Assembly: GCF_018977255.1 (NCBI RefSeq)
Contig: NW_024704742.1
Coordinates: 22,012,001-22,076,000 of the forward strand
DNA from: Callorhinchus milii
Lineage: Eukaryota
Length of the DNA stretch: 64,000 bases
Reading direction: 5' to 3'
Shown: in pieces, positions 1-11,415 of the stretch
How positions within the stretch are numbered: position 1 is the first letter of the stretch
Layout: every line of letters begins with the position of its first letter
Notes under the pieces: generated by a model
What the model was told of the DNA's origin: nothing
Seen by the model: the letters and a program-made list of their open reading frames with translations, nothing else
The model's database searches: none
Position numbers and translations under genes: made by a program

Positions 1-192
1 GAAAAAAAAGCAGGTGGCGTTTGTTTTGCTTAAATAGTGTAAAAGCTTTATACGAGGTAGAGCAGGGAGGAAGTGAAGGACCAATTTGGTCCAATTGATT
101 TTTTGAGAAGAAACCAGAAGATACTGCCCCTCTTTTTTAAATGTATATTATATAATCTGGAACATTCAATTCCTCTATCTCGCCCCCTCCTC

Positions 193-505
193 GTCCTGTA
201 CCTCAGGGGTTAGAGCACTCGCTTTGCAAACGAGAGACCTGAGTTCAATCCCAGGCAGGTCAGGGCGAAACCTTGGGCAAGTTTCCTTACTCCACACAGA
301 GCCTAATAATAATCCCTCCAAAACAAAAAATAATAAATTGGTCATTTTCAATCCATGACTGTTTGTGGGACATTGCTGTGCGCAACTGGCTGCCGCGTTC
401 GCCTACAGATATACAGTCAATTCACTTACAGTATATTCTGTGAAGCGCTTTGGGACGTCTAGAAGACGTGAAAAGCGCTATATCAAATGCAAGGATTATT
501 ATTAT
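193..505 (+). mobile_element. tRNA(Ala)-derived Deu-domain SINE, short subfamily, near full length
   Basis: A/B-box head (GGTTAGAGC...GAGTTCAATCCC), Deu-like core TTTGTGGGACATTGCTGTGCGCAACTGGCTGCCGCG, L2-like tail ending AAATGCAAGGA(TTA)n; near-identical copies elsewhere in the window. Confidence 0.9.
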
Positions 506-663
506 AACTTTAGATCCCACTGAAAGACATTTCTTCCTCTTCAACTGTGCCTAATCACTTCTCCTCTCTCCCTGGCTTGGTATTAAGTTCCGCCACTGTA
601 AGGATCTCCGAGACTCTACCCCATGTGAAGGTGCAAAATAAATGCAAGTTGTTGTTGTCGTCA

Positions 664-1140
664 CTCTCACCCTCGCTCGCCTCCACTGGTTCCCCATCCC
701 CCAGAGGATCGAATTCAAGATCCTCATCCTCAGCTACAAGGCCATTCACGGCCTTGCTCCCTCCTACCTCTCCGACCTACTATCCCCCTACTTACCTGCC
801 CGTACCCTCCGTTCCTCTGGCTCCGGTCTGCTCCACGTCCCCCGCCCCAACCGCCCTACCATCGGTGGCCGGGCCTTCAGCCTCTCAGCCCCGAGGCTCT
901 GGAACTCTATCCCCCAGTGCCTTCGCCGCCTCCTCCCTTTCCTCCTTCAACGCCGGTCTCAAGAACTTTCTCTTTGACCGTGCCTTCAGCTCCCCTCTCG
1001 ACTCTCTACCCCCTCCTCGCTCCCTCCCCTCACCCTGACCATGTCCCCCTGCTCAGGTCCTGACCCAACTGTACAGAGCCTTGGGACATCCTCCCGACGT
1101 GAAAGGCGCTCTATAAATGGAAACTTGTTGTTGTTGTCGT
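664..1140 (+). mobile_element. L2-clade LINE 3' fragment (ORF2 C-terminus, 3' UTR, (TTG)n tail)
   Basis: ORF 642-977 reads LARLHWFPIPQRIEFKILILSYKAIHGLAPSYLSDLL...GGRAFSLSAPRLWNSIP, the typical L2 ORF2 end; terminal GTGAAAGGCGCTCTATAAATGG...(TTG)n. A second, older L2 tail sits at ~590-660. Confidence 0.9.
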
Positions 1141-1941
1141 CATGTCCACCTGAATGTGCAGGTGGTACCTTGGTTTAACTCATCGTTCAAAGAATGCCAC
1201 TTCGAACAATGTAGTGCTCCCCAAGCACTCCATTGGAGTATCAGTCTACACTATGAACTGAAAGTCCCAACACGGGCTTTAAACCAACAATCTTCTAAAT
1301 CAGAGACGAGAACAACAACAACAAAATTATATTTATAGAGTGCCTTTCACATCAGAATGCTTCTAACTGAGCCGGATCCGATACAAAAAAACATTATTCA
1401 TTGCCACATATGCTAGTGACGCAACAGGTGTTTTGCATAAGATTGTTGTCACTAACATTTGGCAGATCTAATGCAAAGTGTCACACGTCGACTATGAGAA
1501 TCTAGCCGCAGACTTTTGGCAAATATTCAATTCCAATGGACTAAAGCCAGCCATTTCCTGTCAAAACTCAACCAGCCCATTCTGTTCAGGATACCTAAGC
1601 AATAACCTATGTATATATTCGAGATCAATTTTATGTGTTCAAAATCGGTACTTCGGCTGCTTTAAAAACATAGACACTGGAAAAAAAAACACATTGGGCA
1701 CAAAATTGTCTCTTCTCTCCTTTTAAAAAAACACATCCATGATTCTAGAGGATATGTTAACCCTATTCAATCTCATTGTCAATTACTCTGCCTATCTCAA
1801 CCTTTCCGCAACCTCCTGACCTAAAGTACATGTTAAAAGCCCCACCCCCACCATCACTGTTTCAACCACCATCTTTTCCTGGACAGTGTTACATTCCTTT
1901 AAATAACCTTTCTAAAAATAGTTCACCTCCCCCAAAAAGAT

Positions 1942-2095
1942 ATAATCCTTGCATTTGACGTAGTGCTTTTCATGTCTTCTAGATGCCTCAAAGAGCTTCT
2001 CAGAATATACTGTAAAGTGAACTGACTGTATATTTGTGGGCAAAACGCAGTAGCCAATTACACACAGCAGTGTCCCACAGACAGTCCTGGATCGA
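1942..2095 (-). mobile_element. Deu-SINE 3' fragment
   Basis: Reverse complement of SINE tail (ATAATCCTTGCATTTGA...CAGCAGTGTCCCACA). Confidence 0.8.
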
Positions 2096-2669
2096 GTCCT
2101 ACAAGTGATTTTTTTTAAACTCTCTTCTCTTCACCTCTCCAAAAACAAACACAATATCTAAAATAATAGCCCTGATAACTCTGTACACAACCCCCCCCCC
2201 ACCCCCCATCCATTTAATAGCGAGCTTTCCCTCGACTTGTTTAGCTTTACATGCAGGAAGGCAATTCTAAAAATAGTTCACCTCCCCCAAATAGATATAA
2301 TCGTTGCTTCTTACATTTCTGAGCTGAGTATTTTGTGTTCTTACATTTCTGAGCTGAGTATTTTGCTTACTGAAATAGTGGCCCTAAAACAGATGGTTTG
2401 GAAAAGAAATGACAAATCAGCACCTAGAAATAGTAGTAGCACACAACACATCTGCTGTGACACACAAAGTCTAAATGGGGAAGCCAGTGGAACCCAACAG
2501 AATTGTGCATCCTTGTCACAGAATATGATGCACAATATACCCAGCAGTGTATTCAAGGTACCCCCTTCCCCCTCATTAGCAATCTTCAGACTCCATAACA
2601 ACTTGCTTTTATATAGCATCCCTTGTTCAAAATAATGTCTTGGAGAACTTAGCAGTAGCAGAGCTCAAC

Positions 2670-3120
2670 ACCGAGCCAGAGAGAGCGGGAAGGTCAGAGA
2701 TAGAGAGGTGCCAGGGCATTAAGTGATTTATATGTGTGTGAGGACCTTGTAATCCATGCATTCTGCAATAGGGAGCAAGTGGAGCCTGGCAACGATTGGG
2801 GTGATGGGTGCACAGAGTTTGGTACGGTTGAATTAATTGGATTTTATGGATGGTGGAGCTGAGGGGAGACTGTCAAGGATGGTATTTGAATACTCAAGCC
2901 GGGAGATGACAAATGCATGGATAAGGGTTTAGGCTGCATTCGGTGGAGGAAAGCAGTCCTGGTTAGGGACAGGGTGTAAAGGTAGGAATGACAGCTGGTG
3001 ATCGAACCTGACTTCTGGGTTTCGCAGGGGTTCAGCAAGTCTGAGAGATAGGCTGCGGAGGTTAAGAAATTTAAAGCTGCAGGTGAGGAGACGCTGACCG
3101 GAGCCCAGGAGCATAAAGTT
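2670..3120 (-). mobile_element. Degenerate L2-like LINE internal fragment
   Basis: Purine-rich plus strand typical of antisense L2 ORF2; no intact ORF. Confidence 0.45.
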
Positions 3121-4007
3121 TACAGTCAGGCTTCAATAGCAAGATAGAACAGCAAATGACTTGTATAACCAGAACATTTTCTCTAGAAGAGGTATGCTAA
3201 TTCTTGATGTACTAACGCATGCCTAAAATTAGAACTACCACAAACCTGTATGTAACAGTTTATGTTGTTACGAAAGCAGATGTTAGAGATGAAAAAGACT
3301 GCAAAAATGTTACGTTTAAGAATACCAAAAATTCGAAGTTGATTCCCCAGCACCCAACCCAATTTGGTTTTGAATGGTTTCAAAATATCTCATCCAATTT
3401 GGTTTTGAATGGTTTCTTGACTGTTTTAAGATTTTAATGTGGTATGAGGCAATAAAAGGATTACACTGATGAGAGCCATCTAATCTCATTGTTGGGCTCT
3501 TGTCACCACTCCCAATCAAGTTAACAAAGATCACCTAAGAATGGGTGTGAAGCAAAATCAATGCATCATTGTTCTGGACTTTCTTTAAAAAGTAAATTTT
3601 TTTGTTAAGGAACCTAAAATGCTTCAGCCCTCGAGAGCTGTTGGCCATCAGTGCATCACATGCCTGTGATTACGATAGGGCTGGTGGATCAAATTATGAT
3701 AGCAAAATCAGCACATTTTAGGAAAGGCATCTCACCAGTGCTATTGCGAATGACTTGCACTTATATGAAAAATGTACTGAACAGAATAGTTACCATAATC
3801 GTCATAGATAATGTCTATCATCCCCTTTTTACTGGGTTTTCATTCAAGAATCCCCATTAAGAGACTGGGAACAGGCATTATATACTTGCAGTGTCATTAA
3901 TTGGGAGTGCTGCTAGCAATCACCGAAACTGAGGGGGGTTTGTACATCTGTTCTTAGGCTCCTTCTGACTACTCTTTTTAAGCCTCAACACAAGTGGCAA
4001 CTAATAA

Positions 4008-4282
4008 AGAACTTGCAGTTTTACAGCACCACACAGCAAAAAGTCTCAAAGGGCTTCACAGGTAATTATGGTTAAGTGTAGCGACTGCTTTTATAGGCAA
4101 ACACTTCAGCCATTTGCATCAGCAAGGTCCCACAACAGCCAAGAGGTGAATGACCAATTTATCTATAGAATATTTGGCTAGGATGCCAGGAGAAACTTCC
4201 CTTCTCTTTTCAACTAATGACATGGGATCTTTAAAATTTACCCAATGAGGCAGGCAGCTCTGTTTAATATCTCATCCAAAGA
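4008..4282 (-). mobile_element. Old Deu-SINE (SacSINE1-like) fragment
   Basis: GCCAGGAGAAACT...CATGGGATCTTTAA...TTTAATATCTCATCCAAAGA, shared with the copies at 25836 and 42120. Confidence 0.7.
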
Positions 4283-4827
4283 AAGAGCTATCGATTTTCA
4301 AACCCCAACCACAATTCTTTTCAAAGCAATTCTTCTATGCCCTTTACTGCGTCACCCTTCTATTGATCAAGAGTTATAGTAGTTTAACAGCAGAAAGAAA
4401 ATAGTGGTTTATCCACTGTGCCCATTCTCTCACTTACTCTGATCAGCACCACAATTCAATCACGTGCCCCTTTCTAGCATTGTGGTTTAAAACTGAAAGG
4501 GGGTGGAATACATTTCAAAAAGATTAAATATGCATGAACAGTTTTTTTTAAAAAGGAATTCCCCCAATATTACCACTTAAAATTGTCCATTTAAAGTTCT
4601 TTTAAAACCACTTCAATTGTAGTACAGGTTGGATTAGGAAGGAAGTGGTCAGGATGACTGACGTTTTAAGTTATTGCTGAGTTTGCTTTGACTCGTTTAA
4701 AGTGGCAGGAATGGAAAAAAATCAAGTCATACTTCATGCTTTTGATTTTTGGCAATAAAACAAGGCAGATTACATTCAAGTCTTTTTTTTAAAAATCACA
4801 AATTTATAACAACAAACTAGAGCAAGA

Positions 4828-5172
4828 TAATAATAACCACTGCATTTAATATAGCACTTTACCACATATCACGAGAAGTTTCAAAGTACCTTGTAGAAAA
4901 TATTGTAAAAGTGAATTAATTGTACATTTTGTGAGCAAACTGTGGCAGCCAATTGCACACAGCAGTGTCCCAGAAATAGTTGTGGATTGGGTGACCCCCC
5001 AAAAGTTTTTTTTGACAGTTTATTACACCAGAAATTGATGTACCAATTGACTAACAACCAGGTTCCTACTTACTGCTAGGTAAACAGAGGATTCTGGATT
5101 AAGGAAACTTGCCTAAGGTTTCGCCCCACCCAAGAATCAAACCCGGGTCCTCTCGCTTGTGAGTCGAGCACA
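4828..5172 (-). mobile_element. Deu-SINE, long subfamily
   Basis: Tail, Deu core, extra internal segment GACTAACAACCAGGTTCCTACTTACTGCTAGGTAAACAGAGG and tRNA-like head, all antisense. Confidence 0.85.
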
Positions 5173-5818
5173 CTATGATAGTGGTTCATGTGCTCACATG
5201 AATGCATAACCCAAATGAATGCATGACCCAATGAGATATTTAGTACAAAACACTTCCTTGGAATGTTTCAAGACTGGAATTTTTCTTTACAAATGGGATA
5301 TCTAAACAACTAATAATAATCCTTGCATTTGATGCAGCACCTGTCATTTTAGGAGTACATTTCATTATTATTATTATAAAAGGGCTTCACACAATTCACT
5401 GTGAAGTGTAGGGACTGTGTATTTTTGTAAGTAGCCATTTTTGTAGGCGTGTATGTGTGCACTCACATCTATATGGGAGGAGGAGGAAAGAAAATCAACA
5501 ATATTCTCTTTAAATCAACTCTTCATCCTCTTTACATTTACCTCACAGTAAAACACCACATAGCAATTATGCACATGTCAGTTTATTCTTATCAGGCTCT
5601 GATTTGGCAGTGGCTACAGGCTGCAATTAGGACAACATTCCCAATTAGTTATAACAAAATAATAACCCTCGTCTTTGATACAGCATCTTCCACACCATGA
5701 GCATGTCTCAAAGTGTGACACATGGCATACTGTAAAGTGTATTGATTGTATTTTTGTAGCTGAATGTGGCAACCAATTTGCATAGCGCAATCTCCCACAA
5801 ACAACCATGAAGTCATGT

Positions 5819-6125
5819 GGAGTCCTGTAGCTCAGTGGTTAGAGCACTTGCTTTGCAAGCGAGAGACCTGGGTTTGATTCCTGGCAGGGTGAAACCTTGG
5901 GCAATTTTCCGTACTCCACACGCCTGATAATAAACCCTCAAGAAAAAAAAACAATAATAAATTGGTCATTTCAATCCACAGCTGTTTGTGGGACACTGCT
6001 GTGCACAATTGGCTGCCGCATTTCGCCCACAAACACAGTCAATTCACCTTACAGTCTATTCTGTGAAGCGCTTTGAGATGTCTAGAGGACGGGAAAGCAT
6101 TATATCAAATGCAAGGATTATTATT
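5819..6125 (+). mobile_element. Deu-SINE, short subfamily, full length
   Basis: GGAGTCCTGTAGCTCAGTGGTTAGAGC head through GGATTATTATTA tail; antisense tails at ~5310-5430 and ~5660-5810 lie just upstream. Confidence 0.9.
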
Positions 6126-8589
6126 AAGCCAGTAATCATTTTCATTTGTTATCACAATAAAAGCAAACTTCAAGCTTCTGAAAAGATTCTCCAATCAGAC
6201 AATTTCTTTTTTCCTTACAAAGATTCCCAAATCAGACATTTTCTATTTTTCTAACAAACCATCCTGTGAAATGAGATTTGAATTCAGGGTCAAACTTTAT
6301 GCAATTTTATGCTGAGGACTCAAGTCTAATCTTGTCCAATTTGAGATGGTCTAAACTCATATCAAAGAATTCTTATGTTGCTTTTACATTATGGTTTTTC
6401 CTTAACAGGCAATTCCTAACGTAAAATAATCTGTTTTTCCAACATTCAAGATTCCCAAACGCTATTTGAATCAGATCTCCCATCTCCTCCATACACAGGA
6501 GCCCCAATTCCAAATAAACTGCCAAAGCATCAAATCCGGTGGCCTTCCATGCATGCAAAGATGTCTTGATCGTGAAATGAAGTTACTCCAGTGGTCAACT
6601 GACCTGCTGACAAGAAATTGTTACAGTTTACATATGAATAATGGTCACTTTCAAACTAGTGAAACACAATCAGAATCCCTAGAGATGACTCTCAGAAAGA
6701 AGAAAAAAAGTGGAGATAAAGAGGGTGGAAAATTAGCAAAACAAAAATTCCATTTAATTTTTCAGTCATAGGTTTAGATAGCAACATGAACCATATACAA
6801 CCCTCAATGTTTGAAAGGCAGTAACTGTAACAACAACAAATTACACTTGTATAGCACCCGTCACATCAGAAAGACTTCCCAGGGCACTGGACAAACAGAG
6901 CATTCTTTGAATTTAACAATGACAAATGGAGTTGAGATTTATTTCTTCTCCAAGCTGCAATGCCATAGCTTCAAATGGTTATGATGCAATTTGTACAGCT
7001 AATTTAAAAGCACAACTTGAATGTATCTAATGCCTTTCATGTAGGGTAACATCTCAGCACCTTACACAGATGGGATCGGACACCAAGAAAGTGAGAGGGG
7101 AAAGTGGCCAATGGCGTGTTCAAAAAGGTAGGAATTAAGGTGGCACTTAAAGACAAATGGGATGGGGGTGAATGAGTTCCAGAGTTGGGTTCAATACATT
7201 TTAGTGATTAAAGATTAGAGTTTCATCTAATCGTCTACAAGGTTCTGCCAGGAGACAGAAGATTTTGAAAGGCAAAATACTGGATTGGCTATTTTACTAA
7301 CTGCCCTACCTACTCATGATCGTAAATGAAAATGCAGGAGTTCTCCATATCAATGCTGGAAGCAACATGATGGCCGCTTTTCTTTCTCCACCCCACTTGC
7401 CCACACAATAAAACCTCTATCCAGTGGTCCCCAATTTCCAGTGATATACAGATTCACCTGCAAATTATGCATTACATTGGACAGACTTTCTATTAGGCAT
7501 GTAAGAGTGTTTAGTTACACTGACTCCAATAATCTGACTTATTTGGCATCACTTATGAACAAGAGCACACAACAAATAACCATTTATGCCACAACAGTCT
7601 ATAATCCTACTTGTGTGTAACTTTCATCTCCATCCAACAGCTAGGTCATAGGAATCAATATTATCTCTCATTTTGAATCCGTTCCACCAGTATTTCACTA
7701 CAAACAGATGGTTGTAAAACCTTGAAGTTCATATTACATTCAAATTTGTCACAAATCGTGGTCTCCAACCACTCCTAAGCTGCAAAGTTTGTGAAACTAA
7801 AACACTGACTAAACACTGTCCACTAAAATGGCTTCACCACCACCATTTATACCTCAATATAATTTAATACAATCATACCTTCACCTTCCCCCATATCAGA
7901 GGCTTAAGACAGCCCATCACAACAGCTCATTGAGCGGAGTGAAGAGATCTTTCAGGTCTGCATGATTCACTAATGCAGCACGTGGTTCATTTACCTTTCA
8001 TAGCAAAGCCAAAATGTTGTGACAGACTCTTCTTAAGTAGTGAAATGTACCATTATTTTGAAAGTGTGATAATCCAAGTTTACTGCATATGAATTTCAGT
8101 AATGAATTGAGAATGTAGTCTGAAAATTGAGAATAAAGATCCAGTCACACACAACACCACAATTCTCCAGTACAGCAAGTGTTTTGTATTTTCAAATCAG
8201 TACACTACATAATACAATTATAATTTAAAAATGACAAGTACACTTTTCGATATAAAATCCCAAACTATCTCCAAACTCCATTCCCTATGTATACAAAAGA
8301 ACCCTATTATGACTTAGTTATAATAGAGTGATTGATGACAGGTGTGGACCCCAACTTTGAACCAAGCAAAAAAAATTACTAAATACCAAAAGGTGAATGA
8401 CACTAAAATAACAAACTGCATGTCCAATTAGCAATACTTCCAAGTAATTTTTTAAGGGTACAACTTTTTTCTCCCAAAAGATCTAGCAAAAGTTTTTTTT
8501 CAATAGTTTACCAGCGAAGTTAAATACTGGACAATTGGACAACAATTGAACCCCCACACAATTGATCAAATTGATTTGTTGTATTTCAT

Positions 8590-8700
8590 CCACAAAACAC
8601 ACAGTCAATTCACTTTACAGGATATTCTGTGGGAATGTTTTGAGATGTCAAGACGTGAAAAGGCACTATATCAAATGCAAGGATTATTATTATTATTATT
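8590..8700 (+). mobile_element. Deu-SINE 3' tail
   Basis: CAGTCAATTCACTTTACAG...TCAAATGCAAGGA(TTA)n. Confidence 0.8.
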
Positions 8701-8959
8701 AAATACAGAGCCAATCATCCTAACTGCAAATGGCCCTATCATGGGTAAGGAAACAGCGCAGATAATTGACATGCAAAATCAAAATTGGCTTCAGTAAAAA
8801 TTAAAATACATTTTCATCAGGAAGTTGTAATCACTCTAATACATCAGTCCACCTCTATCTCCATCTCTTTCTGTACCTTACACTGTACAAAACTATAAAT
8901 GCTTATCTTGGCGCTACCAGCAAAAAATTGTGTGCACAACAAGGATAAAGCAGCAACAA

Positions 8960-9410
8960 AAAGAGTACAGGGTAGGTTTACGAGGATGACACTAGGGCTG
9001 GCAGGTTACTGCTATTCTACACGATAGACAACTAGGTAGATCTTTTTCACTAGAGAAGAGATGTTTAAGATGATTTGTTGTAAAAGTACTAGTAGAAGTG
9101 TAAAATTATAAAGAATTTAAGGTCACCATAAGCACTCTGCTCCCACCGGTTGGGAACTCCATAGAAAGCAAGTAGAAGACTTGAGACAAGTTACTACTTC
9201 AGAGGATGGTGAGATTGTGGAACTCGTTGCACAAAGAGGTGGTTAATTCAGACGGTCACAAATCATTTAAGAGGAAGCTAGACCTTCATACGAGGAACAA
9301 GGGAATAGAAGGGAATGGGAGAGTAAGGAGTGGGTGGAGACTCCTGTGGAGCATAAGCACAGACTGGTTGAGCTGAATGGTCTGTTTCCATACTTACCTC
9401 CTCTGTAAAC
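8960..9410 (+). mobile_element. CR1 LINE 3' fragment
   Basis: Degenerate RVQ.RFTRM...LFSLEKR...VRLWNSL segment, then a 3' UTR with GTGGAGCATAAGCACAGACTGGTTGAGCTGAATGG. Confidence 0.75.
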
Positions 9411-11264
9411 CTTTGCAAAGTTACTAGTTGCTGGGCTGCATGGCACCAAGTTTAATGTCTCATCTGAAGGATGGCACCTCCTACAATGCAGCACATCCCC
9501 AGCACTGACTGCATTGAACTGTCAGCCTAAACTATATGGGTTCCAAATCCCAACGTGGGATTCTTCTGACTCAAGAGTTGAGAGTTCTACCAATTGAGCC
9601 TGACTGACAACAATAACCTGTACACATCTTCTCACATGGGCCCAACTGGGTGTTTTGTGTGCATTTCGTTCAGCATCTACTTTGCTGCATCAAAGTGAAA
9701 TATGTGGAGATGCAGATAAGCATCATTCTCCTGTAGTACCATAGGAGATTTTGAAATACAGTAGCAGAATAGTTAAGTGGAAAATATGAACAGCCAACAA
9801 TTAATACACTAAATAAAATATCCCCGTAAGCTTCTACCATGGTCAAGATGGGATAATGGTTAGAAACTTTTTTTTATAAATATGCTTGGTGGTTCATCTT
9901 AACACAGTAATTCAATCTTGCAGATATGATGATGTTCATCAACCACACAGTTTATGATAAAAAAAAGCTCAACTAAATTATCGTCATGTTTTTCACTGCC
10001 AGACATTTGCTAATTCAAAAAAATAGATTGAACAGCAAAATAATCTATCACTGTATCTTTAGGTTCTTTTCTTTGAAGTAATACTAATATGATTACACCC
10101 AGTCTAGTTTTATGTCATGCGTTTTATGCCACACACAACATTTTTCTAAAAAAGCACAACTAGCCCGACCTCCTGTCAGTTTTCTAATCCAATGTCAATT
10201 TTTATGGGTCAAAGACAGTTTTTTTTTGTATGTGCCAGATCCGTCGAGCCAGTGTAATCTAGTGGTTATTTTTCAAAAAAAGATTTCAGTAATCAAATCT
10301 AGTTGCCACCCATTGCTTAGAACAGTGAAGGTCCGCCAAACAGTTTGATTTTCTGTCCAATCAAACGGTTTAATTACTGTGTCTGGGATAATGGGCTCAC
10401 ATCTTGACTTTCACTGACTGACCTGATGTAGACTAGAGTATCATTTTGCACCATTTCTAAGCTGTAAATCAATTGAGGATTTCAAAGAAGGTTGACGAGT
10501 CTGGTAATGATGCTTTCTGTGCAATCTCTTGGGATTCCACATCACAGAGAATGTATATTATTTATAAAGGGTAGATGGTGCTTCCATTAATGCTCTCAGG
10601 CTCAGAACAAACGAGTGCCTTTGTATCCCAACTCCAGTAAGCAGTGTAGGACTCTATTTTTTCTTTCCAGGAAACCGGCACCCGATTATTCTCCTTTCCC
10701 CTAGACAAAATAATTCACTCAGGAAAAAGTCCAGGTACTCAAACCACAACATTAACAATAATTATTGCTATGATTACAGATTTTCTCAGTAACTAATCAA
10801 AATAATATTCACTCCAGGAGAGTATGCCAGAGAAGACGTACTTACGATTATAACATACTGCAGTAGCAGGGAACATGACTCAGAACACTTCTGAATTTTT
10901 AAAATGCAGTTTTTGTTTTTAATCTATGTACTAATGGACATTCTTCTCCTGTGCTCCACCCCAATCTATACTAAACTATTTATTGCCTGCTCTAAGATGG
11001 TTCAATCCTTAAGCTAGTCAACATGAAATCCTTGGAATCAGCACGATTGCAATGTTCAGCGCTTTATGGGTTAAACAATAAACCAGGTTATTACTCTCAG
11101 AGCTTTTATATCTATTAAATATTTTAAATGAAGCTAATAATCCACCATTTCAAACCTATTATAGGATATAAATTAAATGTTGAATAAGCAACAGGTTAGA
11201 GTAGCAGCTGACAATGTCATTGGTCTAAAGTTAACAAGTAGTTAATATAAACTGAAGACAAAAC

Positions 11265-11415
11265 ACAAAATACTGCAGATGCTGGAATCTGAAACAAAAA
11301 CAGAGAGGGCTGGGAAAACTCAGCAGGTCAGGCAGCATCTATAGAGAAAGGAAAGTGAGTCAACATTTCAGGTCCAATGATCCTTCGCCAGACTGAAGAC
11401 TTTGTCAGAACTGAA
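11265..11415 (-). mobile_element. Penelope-like element terminal fragment with degenerate minimal hammerhead motif
   Basis: AAATACTGCAGATGCTGGAATCTGAAAC...CTCAGCAGGTCAGGCAGCATCT, a repeat I recall as common in shark genomes; minus strand carries CTGGCGA-stem-GAAA. Confidence 0.55.

Noticed and set aside
547..1038. 163-aa Ser/Pro-rich ORF
   Set aside because: Alternative frame of the C-rich L2 fragment.
3359..3416. Short direct repeats (23 bp here; also ~5198-5231 and ~54985-55018)
   Set aside because: Two-copy slippage duplications, common in vertebrate DNA, with no further structure.
7422..7436. hAT-like half TIR CAGTGGTCCCCAA
   Set aside because: No partner TIR or TSD found nearby.
10846..10890. 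Possible 45-nt minus-strand exon (good donor GTAAGT)
   Set aside because: Acceptor lacks a polypyrimidine tract and the peptide KCSESCSLLLQYVII is not recognisable.
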